Assembly: GCA_949358305.1 (NCBI GenBank)
Contig: OX442314.1
Location: forward strand, 32,674,001-32,738,000
DNA: 64,000 nt
Direction: 5' to 3'
DNA from: Strigamia acuminata
Taxonomy: Eukaryota
Part shown: one piece after another, positions 1 to 13,600 of the stretch
Numbering within the stretch: the stretch's first letter is position 1
How the letters are laid out: each line of letters starts with the position of its first letter
The notes under the pieces: model-generated
Told to the model about the DNA's origin: nothing
Seen by the model: only the letters and a program-made list of their open reading frames with translations
Database searches by the model: none
Program-made: the position numbers and the translations under genes

Positions 1-842
1 ATTTACGGTCTCGCCGAGGAGAACCTGCCTTCTGTGCAATTCAGTATCCTCCGGGCAGGACTGAGTGGTCATTTTCGGTATGAACGCATCTCGTAACTGC
101 GAGTAAGCACCGGGACTGTTGAGAGTTGGTTCCTTCACCTGATGGTGCCAAAGCAGTCTGTTTCACAGTAACCACGAGTAGCACCAAATGTTTGGCAAGC
201 TGATTCTCATGGTATTCGGTGCCAAAGCAGTCGTTTTGTTATTAGTACTGCGAAGGACTAAACTGCTGTGCGGAGCCGCGAGCTATCGACTCCTGTGCAC
301 GTGATACCGTCAATCGCTAGACGAACGACCGTATTGCGGCGCAGGGGACGCTTGATACCGTTCTGCATGGCAAGGCGTTTTCTATCGACGGCAATTGTGT
401 GTTGCGACGGGAAGTCTAACATTTATCCTTTACATTTACGACAGAACAATATTAACTTGGCAACAAGTTAATTAATCAAGTCAGAAGACTTAAAACACGA
501 ATACATTGAACTCAATGTAACGAATTAAGTTAACAACAACTTATCGACGAAATATCTAAATCAGGAAATCACAACGATACGAATTAAATATAATTCGTGA
601 GACGGACTATTGATAAGTAAATGAATACATTTACTTACACCAATATCCAACCTAAAGTTGTGGCGGTGCACATGAGTCAACCGCATCTCTCAGATCTCTC
701 GATTCATCGACGTGCGATGATTTACACAAGCGAACCAAGGAACCAGTGAAGCCGTATCGGACTCCAGGAGACAGCCATCCGGCTTAGATGACATCTGTAA
801 AACAGGTCGAGCGATGGGGAAACCGCTCCCGCATCTTCGACA
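1..842 (-). mobile_element. Probable 5' LTR (189-842) and PBS/leader of an LTR retrotransposon that runs off the left edge
   Basis: Segment bounded by TG (189) and CA (842). On the minus strand it is followed after 2 nt by TGGTGCTACTC (complement of a tRNA CCA end; tRNA not identified). No second LTR or ORF lies in the window. Confidence 0.45.
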
Positions 843-1659
843 CGTAATGATATTGTTTCAGGGCCAATTGGCCAATTTATTGTATAGTTTAATCAGTACG
901 TTAACTTGCCAAATGTCGGCATTAGTCCTATGTATAATTTAGCTTCGATTCTATTGTTTGCCAACAATAAACTGTCTTGTATTTATCTCGTATTGTATTC
1001 ACTGTTTATTTATTGCGATCTATCCCCGGTACCATTGTTAAATGGGAGTTGTGGTCGTCACCGTCACAAGTGGTATTCAAAAGTGTGCTTTTCCTTTTTA
1101 TTTGGTTTGGTTGGAAAAATGAGTAGAAGCTACGGCAGTCTTTACTTTTATTTTTTACAGGAAAAATATTTACAAAAACAATCTTGTTTTATTTGTCATA
1201 GTGTGCTTGCAAGTAAAACTTTGCACAGTAAATCAATACAAATAACTTTTGAATGATTAATATTTCAAGTTATGAATGTGGAGCCGTGTCTGTCTTTTGC
1301 TGTACAACTATACTGGAATTGGGATCCTTTCACGTTTCAACGTCATTATTGTACGTCATTTCTGCTACAAAGAAAATCGTTACAGCTGTGTTGTTTACCT
1401 TTTCCAGCACATAGAAAAACGTCAAAAGAAGAAAATTTTGTTATTGGACCCGCCCTCAGGTTCCTTGGACATTCACGACATGTTTGTTGATTGTAGACTC
1501 CGCATGCCAATTAATTCATAACTTATTAATTTAAATCGAGTTAACTGGGCAACAGTTGCCAAAGCAAATCACCAGCAAATGAATAATTAACATAGTGTGG
1601 TCGTGTATTTTGTATCGTGCATGTTGTGATTAACGGCCAAGATGTGGGCAACTCGGAGA

Positions 1660-4600
1660 ATGAACGTTCTAAGAGTTTGTTTTGTTTGCTTCTTTTCTGG
1701 ATTTATTGGCATTTCAAACAGTAATCGTTTAAGAATTATATAAATTGAAAAAAATTCTGGCAACTAATCAGGGTATGTGTACATTTACCTTTAATTTTAG
1801 CACGAGAAAACACTTCTTTAACTAACTCACACTTTGCTGACTATAATGAACTCGATTTTCAATTATCTAAAATTGTACAAATCACAAACATGAGAAGAAT
1901 ACACATAATTTATTATCAGGATGATTATGGTTAGTAAAAATCCCAAATATTATTTAGGTTTATGTATTTATTTATCTTCCGTTCTTATTCTAGTTTCAAA
2001 CTGTTTGACGAAATTAATCCGTTTCAATTGGATTGGAAAAATTCAAATGTCAGCACATCGATTCAGTAATACGTCATTAGATTTCGATTATACTCCTTTC
2101 CAGCTGATTCTCATTTGGATCGAAAGTTTTGAGCATGTAAAGATCTAATCATCATTCTAGTTATATTTGTCGACCGACTGCCATGAATGTGTGACTGGTA
2201 TGGTTTTCTCCATGGCAGCGTGGGGACTTGTTACCGTGGGGTGGGGAGCATACTGACTTAAATAAGACAAGGAACTCCAGATTGTTTGGTTTGTGACTGG
2301 TATGGTCTTCGCCAGTGCAATCAGGGGACTGAAGACACTGGTTTGGGACGCATACTCACGTAAATCTACGAGAACTCCCCTAATATTAGTTGGTTGGCCT
2401 TTATTAAAGTTGTCTAGGGGTGTGGGGAATCCCGCTACCCGTTGCGGGAGTGCCACGAAGGCACGCCGCACCGGCAACAGACCCGTCACACACTGGGCGC
2501 GAGCCCAATGGGTGACGTGGTCGGTTCGACCTAGGACGATTTACTACAGGACTTTACATCTAGCAAAATTTAATTGTTAGACCGTCAAGCGATTCTGTCT
2601 TGTGAAGGTAGCACCATTCAGCAGAAACGGCACAAAATGACGTCATTTTGCGGGCAAATGGCGGACAACTGATATGACATCCCGCATTTGCATTTTAAGA
2701 GGACATTTATATTTTATGTTCAAGTTAAAAATAATATCTGAAAATTATTTATTACATTTTTAGATATTATTTTTAAATCGAACGTTAAATAAAATTGAAC
2801 TACCGTACTGCCTCTATTTAACGCCGGGCCTCGATTAAACGCCGGGGGTTAGGCGGAGTGTAGTGCACTAAATGCCGCCGAAAGCCGACCCGCCCGGGAG
2901 GGGGTCGGCTTAGAAAAATTAATAAACGCCCCGGCGTTAAATCGAGGCAGTACGGTATGTTATAACATTCTCCAAAAATGTAAATGTGGGATGTAAATTG
3001 TCCGCCATTTGCCTGCAAAAAGTTTTAACAATGCAACGACAGATTGCTCCTTCTTCGCATTTCTACGGGACAATTTAGATTTCAAAAAAATGGCGGATGT
3101 GAAGTCCTGGGGTTAATCGTCCTAGGTTCGACTAAACATTTGTGTCGTACTCACCTACGACTCGTGTATCCGCTCATGGAGGCTGCACTATGGAATCCGC
3201 TATAGCACTGAGTATGAACGTGGTGAATGGTGAGGAGTACAGAGTCCAACCCGGGACACGTCCTGTCCCTCAGATGAATACCTTCTCCTCTCGTGCAGAC
3301 ACGTCCTTCTCAGTCCGTGTCCAACACACTACTGCTTACTCCTCTCCTCAACACACCACTCCACTTCCTCCTCCCCGGGCTAGGTCAATCATCCACAGAG
3401 AGGATGACCTTTGGGGCCGTATGGCGGTGTGTGGCAGTGCCGCAGGTCACCTGGGTGGCCTGACGGTCACAGGTTGTTGGCCTTTATTACTGTAGTCTCG
3501 TTGTTTAGGGGTTGGAGACTCCCATCTATCCACATGTTGGCGATGTTGCGAAAGCATATTTTCTAGTTCTAATCCTAACAGTATACACTTGTTTTACATT
3601 TTAAAATAAATAATTATTTCAGCTTGACCAATATACTTTTTCATCAATTGAAAATAAAGTGTTGATATTTGTCATCAAAGAAACACGAGGAACTCCAAAT
3701 CCAAAGCATGATCTCGATTTGCCCTTATTACAGGATCTCATCATATGGAGACAGAATACAGTTTACTTATACACATTTGCTCAACACAGTAATGTATGAG
3801 TCAATAGTTAAAGTATTATTAACATTATGTTTGCAGAATGTTCATTTTGTTCTTAATTAACTTTCCCATAGCCACGGTGGGTCAGAAAAATAACAAAAGT
3901 AGTAAAACAACTATAACTCTTTTTTTAATGAAAATTAATTTAGGGGACCAGCTTTAATTCCTCCAAAAATATTTTTTTCTAAATTTATAATTACAAAGTT
4001 CTAATGTTATTTCGATTAGGAATAAGTTAAACCAATAATAATTATAATATTTACAACATAAAACACAATTACGTGAGCGCCGTACACTGTTTTGCCACTT
4101 TTTAGCACTAGGCGGTATATTGAAACGATTCTGCGCATGTGCACAATCTTAAAATTTCCAGGTGCAAGTGCAATCACATTTTTCCTGGCCTCAGCACATG
4201 TCAAACCAGAAAAAATGCGATTGCACCAGAAGAAAAAAGATTCTGCACATGCGCAGAAGCATTTTAAAAGAAGGCCGATTTGACCGACCACAGCTAGCAA
4301 CGTGTGGTAGCCAGGCTTGGCTATGGGAAGGTTAACACCGTTTATTTCAACACATCTAAAAGTACAAATCTGCTCGTTCAAAACGATACAGGGTCATTAA
4401 TTGATGACACCAAAATGAAAACCACTGTTACAGATTAAAGATAGGTGCAATGTTTGTCTACAAAGATTAACATTCAGTATATTTGATTTTTAAAATATAT
4501 TAACTATACTGTATAATTTAAAATAAAATAAGGAAGTTTATTTATATTATACATATTTTTTAAATCTAATATTACAGAATTTTAGCTTGCAGTTATTGAA

Positions 4601-7600
4601 ACATCAGTCTGATGGTAACATTTTCCAAACAACCAACTTAGGGATAAATTGTGCGGAGCAACAAAAATGTCAATTTGAAAAGATATCTCAAACTCCAGTG
4701 ATTCTGAAAAAACAAAATTGTACTGTAGCCCAGGTAAAGCATGCTACTACTAGTACAATTGAAATAGTAATTACAAATAATATTGCATGGCAGATTTATG
4801 AGTGTGATGTATTCGATAACAAATGTCCAAGTCTTATTGTGTACAATAGATGAGTAGCTTTTATGTGGCGTTCGGCATGAAAGCCAACATTTAAGTTAGT
4901 GGCTAAAAGCCTGTTACATAACATGTGATAATTCTATACAATTATTGCCGCCAGAGGGCGATGGTTAAATACGTCATATTATAATACACAACAATGGGAA
5001 CAACTAATAGGGAGGAGGTAAAGCTGAATGGTGCAAGTGTGTCACGAAAGGTCCAGTGTAAATCTACCCAGCACAGAAAGCAGTTGTGAATGGGCCTTCC
5101 ACAGAGGTAAACAAATGTTCACTATGGGTGGACTTTTCCAGAGAAAACAAAGTCAATCCAACCCCTCTGTGTAATTACCCTTATCCATTTTGGTCAATGC
5201 CTATGGTCTAACGGTGTTACGGCATGATCTTATCTATGGCAACTTGGGGACGTGTTACCATGGGGTAGGACGCATGCTCATGTAAATAAAGGTAGGGACT
5301 CCAGATTGTTGGGTGATTGTCCTTTATTAATCTCTTTGTCTAGGGGTCGGTCTCCCATCTACCTGGAGTGTTCAACTCCATTGGTCAGTTTGACCATTTT
5401 GTTTTGTATGACACGCTGACCCCAGCTCCACCTATCTTAACTTTTTAATAAAATTCACTTATGCTAATTCGTTAACCAACATGGTCGTTCTTTTTGCCTC
5501 TCCAACATAATTAACGTTCAACAGCTCGAGAAACACAATATTGGCGACGAGAATGGTTCAATCTTCAACAATCCACACGGTAGAAGTAAAAATTGTGCTT
5601 TTTTGAGAACTTTTGCGAACTTTTTGATCAACTTTGGACCGTTGCTGACCACGCGTCTCCACGTTAGGCCTAGTTGCTTATTCTTCAATTTTTCGTGTTT
5701 GTGCTCGCTTTTCCGACCGTTTGCCATCAAATATGTCGATCAAAGGCACACCCAAAGAATACGACCCGACAGATGACTGGGAATTATACTGTATGCGGAT
5801 GACCAGCATATTCAAGTGTAATAAAATCGAAGATGACGAGGAGAAAGTCCACACGCTGCTATCATACGTGGGTATGCCGACTTTCAAGCAGTTGGTTACC
5901 CTAGCCGCTCCGAAGACACCAGCAGAAGTCAAATACGCGGATTTAATCGCCCTGATGCAGAAAAATGTGCGCCCAAAGCCGCTCGTTCTCGCTGAAATTC
6001 GACGCTTCCACCATCGCGATCGTTTGCAGAGAGAGAAGGTATTGGAGTATTCCTTGGCTCTACAAGAACTGGCCCAGAATTGTAAGTTTACAGACAAAGC
6101 TGATGAACTTAGAAATCGTTTTTTGTGCGGACTTAACAACGAGCAAGTCCAGCAAGCTCTCACATTGAAAGAGAACTTGACTTTTGATGAGGCGGTTGAG
6201 TTTGCGGCGTCTGCGGAGATCTCACGCAAGGAGTTTTCCGAAATTGCTGCGAAACCAGCTTTATCTGCACCAGTTCATAAAGTTAACGATTTCAAACCAC
6301 GCCACAATAACAAGAAGTGGGGTGGGAAACGCTCGACGAAGGACACCTCATCGTTCACGGCTCCGCAGCACTCATCTCGTAAGCAGGGAAATGGATCTGC
6401 GTGTTCATCGTGCGGTAGGAATGGCCACTCTCGCGAGACGTGTTGGTTCAAAGACGCCAAATGTTACGGCTGTGGCAAAACGAGCCATATTCGTCCGGTT
6501 TGTCGTTCATTAACGCAACACAACGCTCCGACTCATTCTGTTGGCGTTTTGGACGATTTGACGTTCTATCGTGTCCAGACTCATCACAAGCAGGTGGTAA
6601 ACTCGGTCCATTTGCCGCGTGTGCATCCAGTCTTCGTCACCGTGCGTATCGACGGTTTCGACCTTGACATGGAGCTTGATACGGGTGCCAGTGCATCGAT
6701 TATAAGTTTGGACATTTACTTAAAACATTTTTCTCGTTTTCCCTTACAGACCATTCCGTGCGGCATGACGACGTTTACTGGACAACAAATTCCGATGGAG
6801 AGGATAATCGAGGTTCCAGTCGTGTACAAGAATCGAAATTTTCTTTTGCCGCTGTGCATTGCACGGGATGGTCCTGTACCGTTGCTGGGACGAGGTCGGC
6901 TCTGCATGTTTGGTTTGCTATCGAAAACTGCAGAAGCTGTGGGTGCCAAAATCAACAAAGTCGACACGATTGCTCCCGAAGCTGCTGTCCTTGATGCCAC
7001 CACACAGAAGGAATTGGATGCAGTGTTACTAAAACATGAACTCATTTTTAGGGACGAAATTGGCTGTCTGAACACGTCGCAGGCCCACATTGACATCAAT
7101 CCTACTGTCCAGCCTATCTTCTTGAAGGCGTATCCAGTTCCTAAATCGCCATGAAGTCACTTGTCGAAGCTGAATTGGAAAGACTCCGTTCGCTTGGCAT
7201 CATCACTCCGGTCGCGTCATCGCGCTGGGAGACACCAGTAATGCACGTTAAGAAGGCAGACGGAACAATTAAGTTGGCTGGTTGCTACAATAGGACCATC
7301 AACAAGGCCATTCGCCCAAATTCGTATCCGCTTCCTTTGTTTGCTGACATTACTACTAAGTTATCCGGAGGGGAAACTTATTCCATTCTTGATATGACTT
7401 CGGCATATAACCAAATCGAATTGGATCCAGAAAGTCAAATGTGTTGCACTATTAATATCCATCTTGGTCTTTTCAGGGTCAACCGGCTTTTCTACGGTAT
7501 TTCGTCCGCCCCAGCAATTTTCCAGAGGGAGATGGACATCCTGACTGCCAAGATTGAAAGCACACAGCCATTTATAGACGATTCGGCGCTTACCGGTGTG

Positions 7601-10600
7601 ACAAATGCGGTTCACCTAAAAAACTTTGACAAGTTCCTGCTCACGTTTTTGAAAGCCGGGTTGACCCTGAATCAAAGGAAATGTTGCTTTCTCCAAAAGG
7701 TCGTACAATTCCTTGGTTTTAATATTTCGAAGAATGGCATTTCCCCCATCGATTCTAAACTCGCTCCTTTAAGTGAGGCGACTCGCCCATCTGACGTGTT
7801 GTCGTTGAAGTCTTTTTTGGGCCTTGTAAATTATTATGGTCGCTTCATCGCGAATCTTTCCTCCCTGCTTGAGCCATTGTATCGTTTGACTCGAGATGAC
7901 ATCAAATGGGAATGGAAAGAGGAGCATGAATCGGCTTGGAAAGCGGTTAAAGTCGCAGTGTCTGTTGAGTCGGCACTGGCGCATTTTGACCAAACCAAAA
8001 AGTTGTTTTTAACAGTTGACGCCTCTCCAGTTGGAGTTGGTGCTTTTCTCTCCCATTTAGGTCCAGATGGCGTCCACAAACCGATTGCTTTTGCCAGTTC
8101 GTTGTTGGCATTTCATTCAGGGAATTTTACCCCAAATAATTAATTATGCACCAACACATATCTGGCTAAAGAAGTAAAGAGGATACATTTATTTTGGATG
8201 GACCTGATGGCGTTCTACACTATTGGTATGATTTTCACCCATCACCACATCTATTTTTTGCTGGTGGGTGAATAATAATTTGGGATGAAATTGCTCTGAA
8301 TGAAATGTCAAATCTTGCAGTTGTTACACCAAATTCTGCATTTGTTTCACACTTTCTGAAGCAATATGCTACTCTTCTTCCATTTAGAGATGAAATTAAT
8401 GTTCCAATGTTTGAATTTCACCAAATAATGCACCTACCCATGCTAAAGACAACACCAAATAATCTAAAATATTTAGTTAATTCAATGGCAAATAGGTTCA
8501 TTATAGTTATTAGAACGAATTGGAAGCATACCAGACATTAGAAATGAAAATTGGTTATATTTTTGATGATTTACAGCACATGGTCTCAAACTTTTTTCCA
8601 GCATAAATGACATTTTTTGAACAATTTTTTTCATTTCTTAAATTTGATTTGAGTTATTGTCTTATAATTTTAAACAATGCTTCATTGTCATGATATAAAC
8701 CTGTAAATAAAATTTCAAGCCAAAATTTGACTTGCAACCAAGAAACCTGTAGTGGTCTCAAACTTTTTTCCACCACTGTATTTGTTTGGCCGTAAATTCT
8801 TCTTGCGCACCGACCACAAACCCCTTGTTTCAATTTTTGGAGACAAGAAGGGGTGCAACCAGGTTGTGGCAGCGAGGCTACACTGCTGGGCAGTTTTTCT
8901 CTCTGCCAACGACTACGTCATTGAGCACGTGCCCGCTGCAGACAATGCTGTCGCTGACGGCTTGTCCCGAAATCCGCAACCAGTTGTTGATGGCAAAGAA
9001 GACTTAGAAATTTGAATTAATTCGAAATTTTCAGCATCTATTACAGATTTTCCGATGTCCACCGCTTCTTTGACGGCTGCTTATGCAGCTGATGAGGTGC
9101 TGCAGTCTGTTCTGCACCACGTCAGAACGGGATGGGAATCGAGATCATCAAACTTGGATTCATTTTTCAAGCACCGTGAATCGTTTTCAACTTATCAAAA
9201 TTTTTTATTTTTATCTGATAGGTTAGTCATTCCTTCTGCTGTTCAGCGCTCAGTTCTCACCGAACTCCACGCTGGCCATTACGGTATTGTCCGTACTAAA
9301 TCGTTGGCGCGAGCCACGGTTTGGTGGCCTGGAATCGATGCAGACATCGAGCGCACAGTCAAAAGTTGTGATATATGCCAGCGAAGCCTGCCCGATCCAC
9401 CAAAGTCTAACACCATCAAGTGGCCTGTCCCTGATCAGGTGTGGGGTCGTGTGCACCTGGATTTTGCTGGTCCCTTCCACAATTCGATGTTTTTGCTCGC
9501 TGTAGACGCTAAGTCCAAATGGTGTGAAGTTCGCGCGATGTCAACAACCACAGCTGTCGCCACCATTGCTGTCGTGAAGTCTTGGTTCGAGTGCCACGGA
9601 TTGCCGTTACATTTAAACACCGACAATGGACCTCAGTTCACATCATAAGAGTTCCGAAAATTTTTGGCAGTCAACGGTATTCGTCACACTCTTTCGCCGC
9701 CGTACCATCCTGCTACAAATGTTGCCGTCGAGGGGTTTGTGAAAACCTTCAAAAATCAGGTAGACAAGTTGTTGGCTGTCAGATTTTCGTTGTCAGACGC
9801 TGTGTTGCATTTTCTTGCGTCGTACCGCTCTACACCGCATGCCACAACTAAAGTCTCACCTGCATTTGCGTTGACAAATCGGGAAATGCGCTCCAGACTG
9901 CATCTTTTAAACCCGAGGTTGTTGCCCGACACTGGACACACTGAGACGCCACGCCTCTTTGAAGTAGAAGAATTGGTGTTCGCTCGAAATTATCGAGGCA
10001 CCAAACGTTGGGTTCCTGGTATTGTTCGTCGCAAAACGTCCTCCACTACGTACGACATCGAGGTCGCATTGGACGTTATTTGGAGCCGTCACGTGGATCA
10101 GTTGCACCCGCGCTTGGCTGGTGCAAAATTGCCTCATATTGAGGGGAAGGATTGCGGAAGTTCGCTTCTTTCTTTGCTGCCCATTCCACAACCGACAGTT
10201 CCACCTGTGAATATGAACATTCCACCAATTATACCTGCTCCACTCGTTACACCAGCACCAACTGTAGTGCCACAAACCAATGCTCAGGTTCCCGCTCCTC
10301 AGTTACCTGCTCGTGCGCTGTCACCGCCTGCTGTTGCCGGCTCGAGTACCGCGCCTCCACCTGCCCGCAGTCCACGTCCTGTGCGTACCAAAAGACCACC
10401 GGATTTTTATGGCTATCCAGTGGACAAGTGATTTCTGTGTTATTTTTATTGAATAATTCTTAATTGTATTTGTGTTTAAATTCAATGTTTTTATTAATCC
10501 ATTCATTACAGTTGTTTAATTACTAATTGTTTATTATCGTACCTTGTTTACTTAACATATTTTGTTAGTTTTATCTTTTGTAATTGGTGTTTGTCCCAAT

Positions 10601-13600
10601 TAGAAGGGATATTGGAGTGTTCAACTCCATTGGTCAGTTTGACCATTTTGTTTTGTATGACGCACTGACCCCAGCGCCACCTATCTTAACTTTTTAATAT
10701 AATTCACTTATACTAATTCGTTAACCAACATGGTCATTCTTTTTGCCTCTCCAACATAATCAACGTTCACCAGCTCGAGAAACACAATACTACTCATGTG
10801 CTTATACAGTGCCGTGAAGACACGCCACACCGGCAACCGGCCCGTCACGCACAAGGAGGCATCCCCATGTATGACGTGGTCAGTTGGCCTTAATTATTCT
10901 GCCATGTTTACCCTTACGGCCCATGCAATCTCTCGTGGAAGCCGGTGGAGAGCAGGTCACATCAATGAACACTACAATTGGAAAGACCTGGGAACACTGA
11001 CCCTTAGACAACTTATAATAACAGCCATTGAATGCAGCCTCTTGAGTCATTCTTTATTCTCGTTGTATTGTGACTGGGCTGTGGCCTTACCCGTGCAGTA
11101 GGGGGATTTGCTGTACGGGAGGGACGCATACATCACATAAATAACAAGACAGGGACTCAGATTGTTGGGTTTTGGCCTTTAATCGTTGTCTAGGGGTTGG
11201 GTCACCTATCTTACTGTGTGGCTGTGCTTTTAGGCACGCTACACCGGCATCCAACCCGTCACACACGGCGTGAGCCCCATGGCTGACGTGGTCGGTTGCG
11301 TTGGACGAACCTGTATGACCCATGCAGCCACTCATGGTACTGCAGCAGTAATCTCAACCTGCCACTGAGTGTCACAGAGGTGAATGGTGAGAGGAGCAGA
11401 GTTGGCAGTTGTCTCTGCCATTGTTAGGACCGTGGCATCTCACCCTGGCACGTCTTCACCCTTGGCTCTCTCAGTAACGTCTCCCTCTCAACACACCACC
11501 CAGCTCTTACCTCCCCTGCTAGGCCGGTCCACTCTTCCGTGAAGTGGACGGCTAGGGTGTGTGGAGTGACGTAGGCCACTAGGGTGGCCAAACGGTCACA
11601 GTATGGTTGAGGGAAGTATGCTGTGATTAGATGTAGGGGTGGTCTTTAGGTTTGTACTGTGAAGTACAACTTATATCTCATACAGGCCCAAACAGAAAGT
11701 AATAACCAAAGAGAAAATACTGAGAATAGTAATCGACTTAACGTCAACAAAGAAATCATTAAATACAGTCTCTTGTGCTCATTTCTATCAATGTGTTGTG
11801 CGTCCGGGCCTGTTTATGCATTCCTATGCGCTATTTGTGTCCGTCCGTTCTCACAACATGACAGTTTCATTGGTAATCTGTTGTGGGATGAGGTTGAGTG
11901 ATGGTTTTTTGCGGTGTCAAGTACACTCCTATCCCCATACTTGCCCAAAGCAAATTAATAACCAAAAAAGAAAATAGTTAAAACGATAATTGAACACAAG
12001 TTAACTACGAAATCATCTTGATTTTTATAGGTTGCAAAAAAAAAAATATTCGGTTTTCACTTCAAAGTTTTAGAAATGTTTGATCACGTATTGGAGAAAT
12101 TCAGTAACATTTGGTAAAGTTTTTGTTGCTTGGTAAACTATACTTGGTTAACAAAAACCTTTCTACATTTCTAGCTCAATAGTAAATATTACCATTAAGC
12201 ATGACGATAATAAACTTAAAAATCTGAAAAAGAAAGTAAGTGTGTTAATTAATACTAATTTATATAAGTAATTTTGCACGAGGTTACTATTCCTTATGTG
12301 GTTAGTACAGGATAGCTGGAAGTACAGTCGGTTCCAATAAGTTGAGACTACCCTGAAGTTTATGTGAGCAAATTTATTTTGTCACAATTATAAACGAGAA
12401 AAAAAGCAAACAAACTGGCTTGGCAGATTGAAATCTGAATAAAGAATCAATTACCGTTTATAATCTCTCCTACCGGCAACAATGGTTTAACAAAGGGAAT
12501 CATGTTTAGCGTTAATTATTCAAGTCAGAAATCTAGTTTACAGAATACAGACATCTGGCATTTAAGTAAAACTCATAAAATAATTATCACAAACATGCTT
12601 TTGTTCAATACAAACTATACAGGGTGTATCAGAATTCATGTTACACAGAAACAGGGGGTATAGAGGGGGACCAGGAGATCACATTTCCACTAATCAAAAA
12701 TTCCAAAAAAAATTTCCCACATGGTTACAACCCCAAAAACAATGTAAGATTTCAAATAGCGTGTCAAGCATATCGTCCACATTTGCCAGGTTTTAGCGCA
12801 ATTCTCAAATAAAAAAATACAAATTTATCATTTTAATGTTAAAGAATCACAAAAAAAATCCATTAATCCAGGAAAACTAAAACAAATCATTTATGTAAAA
12901 GATTAATTTCCTTAAATTATTTACCAACCTGTGCATTGTGCACATGTTGGACATGTAGAGCATCTCTTGTAATAAACTTCTGCTGTTGGCTATCGAATGT
13001 GTCTTTATTCGAGAATTACGCTTTAACCTGGCAAATGTTGGCGATATGCGTGAGGCGCGATATTTGAAATCTTCCATTGTTTTTAGGGATGTAACCATGT
13101 GAAATTTTTTTTTGGAATTTTTGATTGGTGGAAATGTGATCTCCTGCTCCCCCTCTATACCCCCTGTTTCTGTGTAACATGAATTCTGATACACCCTGTA
13201 TGTGTTACCTCTATCTTAATTTTAAAATAAATAACATAAATGAAAATAATTTAAGTTATTAGTGAGTTTGCGGTTGCCAATTGTTCCTTATAATTATGAG
13301 TTACAAGCTCATAATTATAAAAATGGACTTATAACATAACGTAACTCCTCAACTTTTACACTATTTTGTAAAATAAGGGAGCCAATCAGACCGCTTAACA
13401 CTATTTGAAGCTCCTCCCACTATTGCAAATGGCGCTGATGGTGCTAAAGAAATTCAAAATGGCTGCCTGACCTGTTTCAACAATCAGCCTCAATCACAAT
13501 TTCTTTCTGCCATCGAAGGATAGAAACAACTAAAATCATTCCAGGCAAGCAAATAAATAAACTAGAAGACAATTTCATGTCTGAAAACTGTCAAATTAGT

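Larger units (their letters stand above)
2292..3471 (-). mobile_element. Solo LTR (TGTGAC...GTCACA family) inserted in an older relative that starts at 2190; carries two nested MITEs
   Basis: TGTGAC/GTCACA ends, 4-bp TSD GGTT (2288-2291/3472-3475). Absent at the paralogous site near 21960. Similar to 11069-11600. Confidence 0.75.
5364..10789 (+). mobile_element. Ty3/Gypsy LTR retrotransposon, Mag-like, decayed
   Basis: LTRs 5364-5540 and 10610-10789 (about 8 mismatches). PBS TGGCGACGAGAATGG (5542) matches the tRNA-Ser(GCU) 3' end; PPT AGAAGGGA. CTAC on both flanks (5359-5362/10790-10793). Gene order gag-PR-RT-RH-IN. Confidence 0.93.

Noticed and set aside
4947..4961. CTCF-like motifs (also ~16778, ~46850, ~56211)
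   Set aside because: Short motif matches, mostly within repeats; no supporting evidence.
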